Below, piece after piece: positions 17,328 through 30,400 of a stretch of DNA of 53,228 nt. This stretch comes from Chromera velia (Eukaryota), in NCBI GenBank assembly GCA_018398765.1, contig JAHBMJ010000235.1, positions 1 to 53,228 of the forward strand. The letters are read 5' to 3'. The notes below the pieces were generated by a model that was not told where the DNA came from, did no database searches, and was given only the letters and a program-made list of their open reading frames with translations. The position numbers and the translations under genes are program-made. Position 1 is the first letter of the stretch, and each line of letters begins with the position of its first letter.

Positions 17328-18275
17328 TTATCACATGCGCATATATACAATTAATTAAGAGAAACTCAAAACTAGCTTATAATTATGATCAAATGCATCA
17401 GACAAACTTGCACCACTTTAGCAAATCTAGCAACAAATGCACCTGACCCACAGCACAGTTTCGCGCCGTGAAATGGTCAACAATCTTCCAGACAATCTTT
17501 TCATTCATCCAAGCACAGCAGGCATGCAAGATTGCACGCACGTGGACTTTGAGACGGCCAGAGCACAAGTCGAAGATTGGTTTTGCATGCAAGATCGAAC
17601 AATTGAGGGAGCACGTGCACGCATGATTGAAGAGTCTGGCCGGTGAGAAATGTACACGGACTCTGACAGAATTAACGGAGTGCCAGGGTTCGTTCATTCA
17701 TTCAGAGAGGTGAGATAGCGGAAGGAATGATGGAATTGTCTTCCAATTCATCCATAAACCTCGCATCATTGACGTGCAGTCTGCATTGAACCACTGCATG
17801 AACTGATTGATGAATCACGTCAGTCGATTGCTTCATTCACAGTCACGTGTTTGACTACTCACCCGGCCTCGGTCGATGCATGTACTTGAGAACCGCTCGC
17901 TCACTCACTCACGCATTTCTTCGCTCTGCTCACCCACAGAAGAGGGAGGAAGCCGGTATATTTCCTCCCTTCCTTCCTTTTTTTTCCCCTCATTTCTTCG
18001 GCCAGTCACCAGGACAGATAGAGGGACAGACATGCAGGAGTCTCAACGGGAGGGAGACGAGAGAGAGAGGGAGCAGAGAACACGGAGAGGGAAAAAGGGA
18101 ACCTCAGAAGGACAACCACCTGTACCGCCTTGAACAGACAACCGTCATCACATCTCCCCCTCTGCTCCTTGATCGCTCAATCGCTCGCTCACTTTCCGTC
18201 CTCTCTCAAACATCCACTCCTGCGTGAGCGTCGAACACCCCAAACCACATTCAACCAGACAATTCTATAGAAAAA

Positions 18276-19848
18276 TCAAGCCAGCTTATATCCTGCTGGC
18301 GCCTCTCCCAGCTTCACCATCACTTTCCCCGTGTTCAACCCCCTCGTCAAGGCCACCAGCCCCTCCACGCAGGCCTCCACCCCCTTCCCCCCCTCGTGGC
18401 CGTCCACAACGTGAGCCCGGCACTCCAGCTTGCCTGCCCTCAACAGTTCCTGGAGCTCCCCAAAACACTCAGGAGCGTCTGCGAAGTGGTCCAGGCAGAT
18501 GAAACCCCTCACGGTCAGGCGTCTGCAGACAGAAAAACATTCGAATTCATTAATTCATTTTTTTTTCACCGAAAGAAAGGAAGAAACACTCAGGTGAGCG
18601 AATTAAGGGAGACAGAATTAACAGTCGATTCGTTTCGATAACTGATTTCAATCACCCTATCAGCTCAAGAATGTCACACGAACATCTGATGACAGCGACA
18701 TTCCTTCCTTTCTGTCTGCATCACCTTCATTCACTCCACTCCAAGCAGAGAGAGAGATACACTGCCTGCATGACTGACTGACTGACCTGAACAGGACCTC
18801 CTGCATATTGTAACCCCCAGCTGCTCCATGGTTGTAGTGGGAGATGAAACCGCACAGAGCGATCTTCCCAAACCTCTTCATGTTCCTCAGCACGGCCTCG
18901 CTGATCTCTCCTCCGACCTGTATTCCATACGTGCAGAAATGCAAATTCAAAAAGGGTGTTTTTTCAAAGCTGATGGAAAGTCTTCACGGGCGTGTCAAAG
19001 AAGGCACAGAGACACGTACAAACAAAATGGATAGACACACACATAAAGGCACACAGAGCCAGACAGAAAGGTAGACAGCTTTCTATTCTCCTTTGTAGTT
19101 TTCTCTTCTCCTTTGTCGCTCGGAATCTCCCCGCCTCACCCCCCCGCCTGCCTTTCCCGACAGGTTCACTCACGTTCTCAAAGTATCCATCGTATCCATC
19201 AGGGCAGGCCTTCCTGAGCTCTGCTTCCACGTGGCCCTTCTTGTAGTTGATCGCCTCGTGGCACCCGATGCTCTTCAGCCACGCGCACTTCTCGTCAGAC
19301 CCACAAATCCCGACCACCTTGGCCCCACTCGAAATCCCAAGTTGGCACGCGATGGACCCAACTGCCCCGGCAGCGCCCGACACGACAAAGTTCTTGTCCT
19401 TGGAGATCTCGCAGATGCGTCGTGTGCCTACCCAGGCAGTCAGACCGATGACGGGATTCTGGACGGCCATGTTCGACTGAAGGGGAACGTCGGGAGAGCA
19501 CTTGCCAAGGACGGCCTCCTTGCCCAACACAGAATATTCCTCCCAAGCCCCGAACCCGCAGACGACCTCTCCGACCTTGTGGCCCTCAAGTTTGGACTTC
19601 AGAACTTCTCCGATGATGAAGGTGGGCATCTTGCCTCCAGTCTCGAAGGCGGGCACGTAGGACTCCTCTCCTGTCAGATAGATGCGGTGGGTGGGGTCGC
19701 AGGAGACGAAGATGTTGCGAACTAGAAGATGAGCATCAGGAACGTCTGCGTGGGTTTCTGTGACAATCTCGAAGTCATCAAGAGTGGCCTCGCCAGTCTT
19801 GCGGAACTTCCTGAAGCGGAGAGACTTGGAAGAGACGGAGTCGGTCAT
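18276..19848 (-). CDS. NADPH-dependent alkenal/prostaglandin reductase family oxidoreductase (MDR, PTGR/CurA-like), 3 exons
   Basis: Exons 19848-19174, 18917-18787 and 18522-18276 are in phase with GT-AG introns. Motifs: VSCDP, GLTAWVG, VSGAAGAVGS, YFENVGG, IALCGFIS, NTGKVMV. Confidence 0.93.
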
Positions 19849-20453
19849 CTTACGGTTGACAGGGGGCAGTCAAATGAGGTGAGATTTGCTGAAAGGAGAC
19901 TTCGAGATAAACGATCGAGGCAAGTCTAATAAGCAATTGCACAGAGAATAAATTGGCTTTTCTTAGACTTGGTTTGAGAAACTGAGAGGCAGAGTGAACA
20001 TCAAATACAGTCAATTAAACTTGAACAATTGGCTTTCTGACCTGTCAGATGGATTTCTGTCGGGCGGAGACGCCGTGAGACGCGAACGACATCGTTCGCG
20101 TCCTGCGCGCGCGTGCTGTCCCCCCGCGGAGCTGTTTTGCGCCTTGCTGCGTTTGCTTCGGCCGGGGGTATATACTTCAGGGGTGCACATGATTTGCATG
20201 TCGACGACAGGGGTGATCGGGACACCGTGACTCGACTGAGCGACCGACCAATGCATGCCTTCAGTTGACATCATTCCTCTTTGTAGAGCAGAGTTTCGCA
20301 AATCGGGGCATCTGTCAGTTTAGTACAAACAAGGTTCACATGAGCGAGTTCAGAATCCGTGCAGTGCACACCACTTTATAGTGCATAAGAATCTTGAGTT
20401 GAACGTGCAGTGAAGTCTTTCGTCTCCTCCCGTCTCCTCTTCAGCGTTCAAGA

Positions 20454-22911
20454 ATGCGTTCCTGGAGTGGTGTAATTGTGAGCCTGTGCCTGTGTTTTGG
20501 GAGTGGATACACTGAGGTCAGTAGTTCTGTTACTTTTGTATGATGGTGACTGGCCCGGAGGCAGCTTGAACTGCTTAGCCCTTGTCTGTCTGTGCAGAGA
20601 GTACTCGGTCACTCCGGTTTTGTTTCGCCGTCTCCGAAGGGGCATCGGTTTCTGTCCCAACGAAAAGGGTGGAGATCTAGCACATTGAAAGGGCGCACTT
20701 TGGGGACAGATGATGAGGTGAGCAGCAGCTTTTCTTTTCGTGCGGTCAACTCGCCTGGTTGCCTCTCCCTTTCCCGTCTCCACCGTCTCCGCTTGACGTC
20801 TCCTTCCTTCTACTCTCCGCTCTCTTCTCTACTATCCTTCCTTCTCCTCTCCTCTCCTCCAAGCTCACGTTCAGTTGACATTTGTCTTTCTTCAGGGAGT
20901 TTCTTTTCGTCCGACGGTCTGGTCAGAGTTCGCATCTCTGGCCAAGGAGACGGGGGGTGTCAACTTGGGTCAAGGTTTTCCCAACTGGCGCCCCCCCAAG
21001 TTTGTCCGAGACGCGGGAGTCGAAGCAATTCAAGGTCCGTACATGAACAACCAGTACACGCGGACTGCAGGACTGACACCCTTGGTTGAGTTCCTTGCAG
21101 CCAAGTACAGCAACCACCTGGCATCAGAGGGAGAGCACAGAACGATCGATGGAGAGAAAGAGGTGGCAATTACCGTCGGAGCTTCACAGGGACTGTACAT
21201 TACCATGCTGTCTGTTTTGAGACCGGGGGATGAAGTGATCCTCTTCGAGCCCTTCTTTAATCTGTATGAAGGGCAGATCAAGTGTGCAGGAGCTACAGCG
21301 AAGTTTGTACCGATGAAGTTTGCTGAAGTTTCAAAAGAAAGCAGTCAAGGAGGGTCCGTGTCTGGAGAGTGGCAGCTGGATGTGGAGGCCCTCCGATCGG
21401 CCATCACCCCCCTGACTCGACTGATTGTTTTGAATACTCCGATGAACCCCACGGGGAAGGTGTTCACAAGAGAGGAACTAGAGGCTGTCGCTGAGGTGGT
21501 CAGGGAGAACCCGGACGTTCTGGTGCTCTCCGATGAGGTCTACAAGTTCATGATCTACACTGACGAGGACGATGAGGACCCTGAGGCGAATGTGAACACG
21601 CCAGTCGGGCACATTCACTTCGCGTCCCTCCCAGGCATGTGGGACCGCACGATCACCGTCTCTTCTGCAGGTCTGTCTGTCTGCCTGTCTGTCTGTCTGT
21701 CTGTCTGTGGCAGCGGTTTTGTCTGTCCCGAGGGACTGAGTCAGTAAGGGAGGGAGGGAGGGAGGGCGTGGTGACACGCGAATAATTAGGAGAAAAACAG
21801 AAAAAGAGTGGCCGTATCCCCTTTTTACATTTTCCTGGTACCGCTTCATCGAATACCAGCACGTACTGCCTTTCTGCAAGTGTGTGTTCTGCCGTTCGTG
21901 TGCATGCAGGCAAAACGTTCTCTGTCACCGGCTGGCAGGTCAGACAGGAAAGTGTGTGACCCCGTTGGGGGTTTGTATGGGGCTCACAAATGGGGAGGGG
22001 CCTGGATGAGAGTCTCTCTTTCATGGTCGTCTCTTTGGGGGCCCTTCTCTGTTCTGACTTTTCCATTTCCTCTTTTCCAGAGAGATCTATCTGTTGTCGT
22101 TGTCCTTCCGTGGATGTGGTTGTCAGAGGGAGGGTGTTCGACCGGCAAGCAGACGACAGAGAAGGGAACAGATGGAGTTTTGTGGGAGAATTACATGGAA
22201 GCCAGAAGGTCACACAAAGGCCTTCCTTTTCTCTTCTGAACCCTCCCCCCTTCCCCCCTCTTTCCTGGTGCTGGTCCTTTCAGGTTGGATGGGTCGTGGG
22301 GCCTGAAAGGTTTCTGGCGCCCATCCAGTTGAGGCTTCCCTTCATGCAGTTTTGTGCGTGCACGCCGATGCAGCAGGCCCTCGTCAAGGTGAGACGTTGA
22401 GAGGAAAAAGGATTGTATAGGGTATCAAGGGGGTCTCTCATCGTATCTGTGCCGTTGTTTTTGGACGCTTCTTTGGAGTTTCTTGTCGATGTGTTTTTGC
22501 TGTTTGGTGTGAGTAAACCTTCTGCTACTCTTCTCGGGTCGCCCCCCACTACCTTCTTTCCTTGCTTGCTTGTCACCCTCGCTTTTCAGCGCTCTTACAG
22601 GTATTTTTGAATGACTCCACTCCTGCCCCTTCCCCTACTGATGCACTGATGATATGCCTACATACCAACCTGTCCTGTGTCCCTCCTCACAAGTGCCGTC
22701 ATCCGATCCTATCCTTTCTCCCTTCAGGTGCTCGAACAAGCCTTGCAACCCTATGCGGGAGAGAAGAGCTATTACACCTGGCTGAGAAAGGCCTACGCTC
22801 AACGAAAGGTCGGTGTGTCAGTGGGACCGTGACTCAGCCAATCAATGACTCAGACAGTGTAGGGGCTTCTCTGTTCGAAAAGAGCAGATGGAAAGAAAGA
22901 GAGGAGAAAGG

Positions 22912-22946
<35 letters not shown>

Positions 22947-24664
22947 AAAAAAGGAAGGAAGGAAGGAAGGAAGGAAGCAATGACGAAGGAAAAAGAGATT
23001 CGTTCGTGACAAGAGGCAAAAGTGGAGAGACTGCTATGGGAAACAGACCCAAAGAGGAAAAGATTAAAAGAGACAAAACACAAACATGAGGAGGTTTCGT
23101 TTGCTCCTCTGTGGCCCCAGAAGACAGACTTTCTTTCTTTTTGTCAGATGTAGGCGCCGAGCCTGGTTTTCCTCAAACCTTTCCAGCAGGTTTTCTGACC
23201 ATCCAACCTATCACACATGAGATTAAATTAAACTAAACATTCCCATACAGGCAAGCCAAAAGGAAATGGGGTCGGTCATGAAAGGTCTGTCTCATAGTCC
23301 CTTCCGTTGCTCCTGGCTGTCTGTAGATGTATCTGAATACTCTCTATGTGTTTTGTGTGTCTGTCAGGCATTTCTCGCGCAGGCTTTGGAAAATGCTGGG
23401 TTGACGACAGTCAGAGGCGACGGGGGATTCTTCATGATTGCGGACATATCGGTGGGTGGGCTTGGGGGGAACTGGCCGAATTGAATCATTTTATTTTGCC
23501 TGACTGAAGTGCCTTGCTTTCTGTGTACGGCCCATCTTCTCAATGCATCGGGGGGGAATGTTTCTTCCCAAGCGAGGGGGGACCGTCTCCATTGATTGCG
23601 CAAGGCTGTGTGTGAGTGAGTAGACAGACAGACAGACAGACATTCTAACACGTAGAGCGCCACACAGATGGGCAGCTTGGTGTCTGCGTCCTGCACCCGG
23701 CCCTCACGTCTTCCGGGTCTGAAGCTTTAGAACGAATGTACATGCTGCGTTTTCCAGACGTCTCGTGTCGCCCTTGATTCTATCTGCTTCTTCCCCTGTC
23801 GCTTCGTCTTCCTCTTCCTCACTCCTTCCCTGCCCCACACCCGGAAAGCGAAGCTCTGGAGGGCACTTAGAAACCATTGCATTGGGACCGCGTGGGCATG
23901 CATGATTTCCTCGTAAATTTTGACGAAAAAGTGAGTATGCAGGGCCATTCGCACGCTTTGCGTGCGTCAGCTGTGCATGTGCGAGTGCACGTGTGCATGA
24001 GTGCATGTTTCCAAGCCTGCATGAAAATGCATGCCATGCAGAACATCGAGGTGCCCCAAAAGTACCTTGAGGAGAGCACAGACGCTTGTCCTGAGATGAC
24101 AAGGGACTGGGCATTCTGCCGCTTCCTTGCAATTGAGTGCGGTGTGGTAGCGCTCCCGTGTTCTGCTTTTTTTTCGGAAAAGAACAAGGCCACGGGGAAA
24201 AATCTCGTCAGGTTTGCATTCTGCAAAACAAGCCCGACTCTTCAAGAAGCTGCCAAGTCAGTTGGATCTGAGATCAGCCTGCATACTTCAAATTTGATAA
24301 TTGTTGTCAGCCAAAAGAGCTCTGTCTGCATGTCCAGACTTTGCATGTCGAACCTGGCCTGCGACACAAAAGAAAAGCAGCATACACCAATCAGAAGCAC
24401 AGAAGAGAATGACAGGCAAGTTTCCGCAGTGTGTCGCTTTCTGAATGATCGCACGGTCATTTTTCATGATTATCTGCAACTGCTTTGATGCAGGAATCTA
24501 TCTGCTGACCCATTGTTTAATGCATCCCGCCCCTTTACAGTTTCTCTGTCGCTCTATTGCGTTGCAGGCGGCTGCTGAAACTTCGGGATTTCAGAAAACC
24601 TGACGCGCCCCCTCTGCCGCCCGCGGGCGACCTTCCGCCCGTGGAAGATCATGAGGACATGTGA
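20454..24664 (+). CDS. Kynurenine/glutamine aminotransferase family (class I/II PLP; KAT/GTK/YbdL-like) with N-terminal signal + transit leader, 9 exons
   Basis: Exons 20454-20516, 20598-20717, 20896-21670, 21910-21938, 22284-22388, 22728-22808, 23368-23451, 24042-24256 and 24568-24664, all in phase. Motifs: NLGQGFP, NTPMNPTGKVF, SDEVY, SAGKTFSVTGW, VRFAFCK. Confidence 0.93.
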
Positions 24665-25542
24665 GTGGCACTGGACCTCTTTGGAGTCGCAGAGGCCGTT
24701 GCGCTTCCGGTCTTCTATTCTTCTCAGGACCTTCTGCACTAAGTTCAGGTAAACGTCTGAAGTGGATGGTCTCTGAAAGTGTACTAAATCCAATTCATTG
24801 AATTTAAACTTGCAAAACTGTGGGAGTAAGTTTAAATGTTTTTAAATCAATGTGCATGGATTTGAATGATGTTAAGCAGTTCATTTCAAGTTAATTTAAC
24901 TTCCTTACAAATTTTAGTACATGTGTTTTCAAAAGAATTGACAGAAATTTTTGTACAGAAATTTTAATGAATATTATTTAAGGCAATTTACATAATAGTT
25001 TAGTGATAATGCTAGATATTTATATATAGTGTTATGTCCAATAAGGACGCTAACAATGGCATAGCTAGAAAGGTGGCTAGCGTGACATAAGAATATGAAG
25101 CTGCATAGGCTATACGCAGAGTCCGAGGACTGTCAGATGGAACGAAAGGACGAAAGCTAGAAGCATGATGTTATTCTGATTGATCGAACTCTTATTGGGT
25201 GAGCATTGGTGGGATAAAATAATTACAGTCGGATGGGCGAGTCGATTGTGCGGCCTCGGAAAGCTCCAGGCCCAGCAAGGCACGGTGAGGCGGGAATGCA
25301 GCCTGTGCGTCAGCCCTGGAAGGCGGAACACAACATATAGTAATTTAATTGATACCCTATAGTAGAGTATGCACTGTCGCCATTCTATTAGAAATCGCCC
25401 TTGCGAATGGGCCGGAATGGCGAACAAGTAATTTTATAAGTAGGTAGATTTGTAGGGACTCAGACGAATTTAAATAAATTTGGAAAATTTATAAAAGTTT
25501 GTTGTATCAATTTATAAAGAAAAATTTTTAATTATTAAAACT

Positions 25543-26211
25543 GTAGCGTGTGTGTAGGACTAGGTCTAAAACTAGGTGTAGGACGTGGTGCGAGCGTGAG
25601 CGAGCGCCCGGGCCGCCTTTCTACATGTATCGACTATGATTAAGCCGGCCCGCGTGTGTGTCTTTCCGAGGCCGTGATTGAAGTAAGCGCGCGCGTCGTA
25701 ACATGTGTTTAATTTAGCCACAAAAATCAGTAGTCAATGCCAGTCACATAATGACTCACATTTCTGTTGCATCAGCATGTATAAGATCCGACTGATAGTA
25801 AGACACCAAAAAGAGGAACAACGATGGTCATTCCCACTGATAGACTAGCTGACAAACTTTTATTATGAGTCTTATACTGCCTAGACCACGTTCACATAAT
25901 AAGTGCATGGTAACAGAGCGCGTAGCGTGTGTGTAGGACATGGTGCAAGCGTGAGCGAGGGCTCCACTTTTCTGCATCGACTGTGATTGAGCCGGTCCGC
26001 GTATGTATCTTTCTGGGGTCGTGATTAAATTGAAGGAAGCGCATGCACGCGTCGTAGCATGTGTTTTAGCTATGTATACGAATGAGCAGTACACGAATGA
26101 GCAGTCACGTTTCTGTTGCATCAGCGTGTAAGATCAGACTGATAGCAAGACACCGAAAACTTGAAGAAGAACAAAGACGGTCGTTCCCACTGACAGACTC
26201 TTATACTGCCT
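25543..26211 (+). repeat. Diverged tandem duplication (25543-25882 and 25922-26211)
   Basis: Shared blocks GTAGCGTGTGTGTAGGAC, GCCGGYCCGCGT, TTTCTGTTGCATCAGC, TTCCCACTGA and CTTATACTGCCT occur in the same order. Confidence 0.85.
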
Positions 26212-26609
26212 ATTTTGTATAGGTTAAGCTATACATAGGATAGGGTACTAGATAGCATAGGATAAAAAAATATGATAGGATAGAAGTCATAAAGTTCGGA
26301 TATGATAAGGTTCTCATACATCGGAAAGCCAAGCATAGACCGAACAAAGACTTTAGAAACTACTATACATATGTAGCATTGAAGTGAAAATAAAATTTTC
26401 AAACAAAAATCTTTCAAATATCAATATTCAATCTCACACGAGCGCCTGCATGATATCAAAACTCCCAAAGAATTACTTGAAAAAAAAATGTGGGCCATAA
26501 AATAATGACCAAATAATCATCGGCCATATATATTTGTAAAGTCTTTTACTGTTCTGTTTTTTAAAATAACCACTATAAACTGAGGGCAAACTCCGTCAAA
26601 TCTGTAATA

Positions 26610-26612
26610 GAC

Positions 26613-26662
<50 letters not shown>

Positions 26663-26803
26663 CGAGCGAGAGAGAGAGAGCGAGAGACAGACAGACAGAC
26701 AGACACATAGAGGGAGAGAGAGAGTCAGACATAGACGCAGACACACAGGCACAAACACAGACGCACACAGACGAGCGCGCGCGCGCGAGAGAGAGAGAGA
26801 CAG

Positions 26804-26884
<81 letters not shown>

Positions 26885-26892
26885 GAGAGAGG

Positions 26893-26936
<44 letters not shown>

Positions 26937-27060
26937 CACTGATGCGTCCACAAAGGCACACACGCACATACACACACGTACATACATATTATGCACAGAG
27001 GCCCTCGGGCGTGAGAGCCCTCATTGGGCTGAGGTGGTAGAGAAAGAGAGAGAGAGAGAA
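26610..27060. repeat. (CA)n/(GA)n/(GACA)n microsatellite block
   Basis: Directly visible simple repeats. Confidence 0.95.
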
Positions 27061-27126
27061 ACAAATGTGAATGCTTAGTTCACATCAAGAAGTAGGTAGA
27101 AGCATGAGTTTGTATATGAATTCATG

Positions 27127-27382
27127 TCAGGACTCCGTCTCATTCCCAAAATCGATTAAGCCGCAGAGGTCGAGAAGAACAAGCGTGTCAGGATCCACCC
27201 CGGGGTTGTATACATACCCTTGTTGGCCTAGAAGGTCAAAAGCGGCAAGAGCGAGCTCACCTGCAGAATGATCGAGAGGAAAGGGTCAAGGGAATAGGAA
27301 GATGCAGAAAGGGAATGCAGTCGAGGGGGAAGAAGAAAGCAGAGATTTGTTCAGGGAATGAGAACTAAAACGTTTACCCACC

Positions 27383-27414
<32 letters not shown>

Positions 27415-30400
27415 GACACAGACACACCCAGAGAGAGAGAGAGAGAGAGAGAGATCTAACACACCTACACACTTACGGTCAAGCACAAACGGAAACAAGA
27501 ACACGGACACAAAGACAAGCGGGAAACTTCTTGTTTCACGGTGAAGCTGGCCTAACAGAAAAAACAGTCGGAGGAAGAACGCAGGGAGGGACAAAAAGAG
27601 AGCAGAAAGGAACGAATCATGTATGGAAAAAGTGGAGGAAAGGTAGAGGCAACGCACCCGCATTCAGGCAAGCAGTCAAAGATGTGGAGGCACTGGCAGA
27701 AACAAAGTAGAGAAAGGATGCATCGGAAACCGACCGCTAACGTGGAAGTGATTTGTTATGGCCACTACAGCCGAACGATGAAACGCCTGATGTTCAGGGG
27801 TGAAATGTGAGCTCAGGGGGCGAAAAAGGGGCTCTTTGAGGCTCTCTGCATCGATTTGCCCTCCCCCATGAGTCCCCCCCATTTGCTGTTGTATTCGTTG
27901 CTGAAACCGCAATGGCTGTCGAGGAGGGCAGCCACGCCTGGTGTCGCAACCATGCATGCCCTCCATCACCCGTTTCCGAGACGTGTCCGCTGCTTCCAGC
28001 AGACACTGCGACGGCACTCTGCCCCCCCACAGCCTCCGCAGCGCTTCCTGTCAAGTCAAGCCCCCCCTGCCTCCCCACAGCCTCCGCAGCGCTGGCTGTC
28101 AAGTCAAGCCCCCCCTGCCTCCCCACAGCCTCGCCAATGCCCCCCATCGATTCGGGTCGGGTGAGTTTCAGATAGGTGTGGCCTACCTCTATTCCATGAA
28201 GCGGTATTTCGGTGTCATTTTTGATCGGACGGACGGAAATTGCCTGGAAGAAGGGCTGGCGCGTCCCGAAGGACACCAACTTACCGTAAATTCGCACGAA
28301 CATCAGAGGACCCAGCTGCATTATTCCAAAGTTTTTGATTTGTGAATCTGCATTAAACACACAGACCAATGACTTGGCGGAGCAGTCTCGGACGGTGATT
28401 CGGTATTTTGGCACTTCAGCTTCTTGGGTGGGGTTTGCGATATTCATGATTTGAGCAACCAGGGTGAACTGCATCGGTTCTGCCCCCCACACCTTTCCCA
28501 ACCTCCCACCATTCTGAATGCATTCCTCTAATGCGACTGCCACTGCATGTCTTGCAGGGCACAGGGAAGGGAGGGGATTGGGTGTTGCCAGGGCACCTGC
28601 ACAGTGAGACGCTTGATGCTGAGGGGTGGACTGTAGGCACAGAGACGCTCGGGAGGACCCAGGGACCCTCCGCCTCGATGGGGGGGTGACAGGATTTTGA
28701 TGTGTGCTTGATACTGACCCACTCCCTCTTGAGCGATTTTCGTACATCGCCTTCACCCTCTCGACCACGCTCTCAGTTTCTCTAGAAGGCCGAATGCTCG
28801 CTGACTTTATGTGCGTGCTCTCGGACATGCTCTTATTCTCTTCAGGAGGCAAATCTTTCACTGCGCTTACTATGTGCGTGCTCTCCCATTCTCCCTCTTC
28901 CGTTTGGACCGCTTTGATGGTCGGTCGGAGAATTTGCTCCCACGTCAGGGATGTGAGGGGCTCGAGGATGCAGGACTTCAAACGCTCACACCAAACCTTG
29001 TGTTGGTTGTTTTGCTTTTCTGTCTCCTTCTCTCCCCCTCCCGCCTTGTTGTTTGTTCCTGCCCCCTCACACTTCTCTTTCTTCTGCTTCTGCTTCTTAT
29101 TTCTTTTTTTCTTCCCCCCGTTTGACTTCCCTCTCTGTCCGTCTTTGCCACCGCAAGAAGAATCTGATGAGCTTTGCGAGCTGTCTGAATCAGATTCAGA
29201 CGAACCATTTTCTTCATCAGCGTCAGCAGGGGGGTCACAAGCGTCGCCTGTATCTCTCCAGTGGTTGACTTGGCAGGTCCTCGAACAGTAGGCTGTGAGG
29301 TGGCAGTTGGGGCAGACCTGTAAATTCGGTTTTTGGACCCGACACTTCCTTGAGTGGCATTCAAGGGGAAACTCTTTGTTCTGCTTTTCCCTTGTCATGC
29401 AAAGAAACTTTGGGTCTCGCAGCCTCAAGAGAGGGCACGCAGACTGGGGGGGGCGGGGTCCTTCTCTTTCTGGAAAGGGTTCTGCTGCTGCTGTGGGAAG
29501 CGATGTGAGAGGGAGGCGCTTCAAGTCAGTGCCGGGCAAATGTGCTTCCCACCGGCGTTGGGAGGGGGTTGAGAGACGGCAGGAGGCCCTCGACCTCGAC
29601 ACGCCGTTGACAGGCACGACGCTCTCGAGTCTTGCAACGAACAGATCTAAAAAGGGAGGGGGGGGTCTGGAGAAAAGACTTCGGCTAGATCGTGGAGCTT
29701 CGAGAGGTACTCTTTCTTCTTCTTGTGCACCGCTTGTGCGACTTTTGGGTTGACAATGCAAAGCTGCAGAGTTTCAACCCTGAGAAGAGCCCGGTATAGT
29801 TGGCGCTTCCGCTGTTTTCGGGGGGGGTAAAGGTCAAGTTCACAAAAATGCATCAAGTCGTCAGGCAGGCCGCACGCAAGGACACGCGGGGGCGTGTCGC
29901 TTTTGAGATCGTCCAGTGCGTTGCTGAACAGTTTCAGCGCATCTGCAGCGGCCGTCTTTGGTGTGAATGCGATTTTCTTGGCCTTCTCAAGTTCGGAAGG
30001 GAGAGCAAAGCACTGAAGAACGTCTAGAACGACTGGGAGGGAAGAACCGACATGATCGTCGCACCTTTCTTCAGTCATCAAGTGTAGAGATCGGATCAGC
30101 TGGGAAAAATCAATTGGGACATTTTCGGCTTCGTTGGTCTGGAGAAGGTTTCTTGGAATGGGGAAACTGTTCAGGTCCTTTGCGGTTTTGCGTTTCACCT
30201 TTCGACCATGGGAGGGCAGAAAGGAGCATAGAAGGGAGAATAACGACAGCGTGTGCTTTTGATTTGTCACGCGAAAAAGTATTCCCATTTTGTGGAGTGT
30301 GAGCTTGAGTGCCCCCTTAAACACATGACTCCTCTAAATCAGTTTGCGCAGACGTTCGTGTCCTATCAGGAAAGTGTGAAGGAGTACAGCCCCCGCTGAT

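Noticed and set aside
17437..17646. Coding-like short ORFs (also 25180-25362 and 32966-33334)
   Set aside because: No family motif or supported splice structure.
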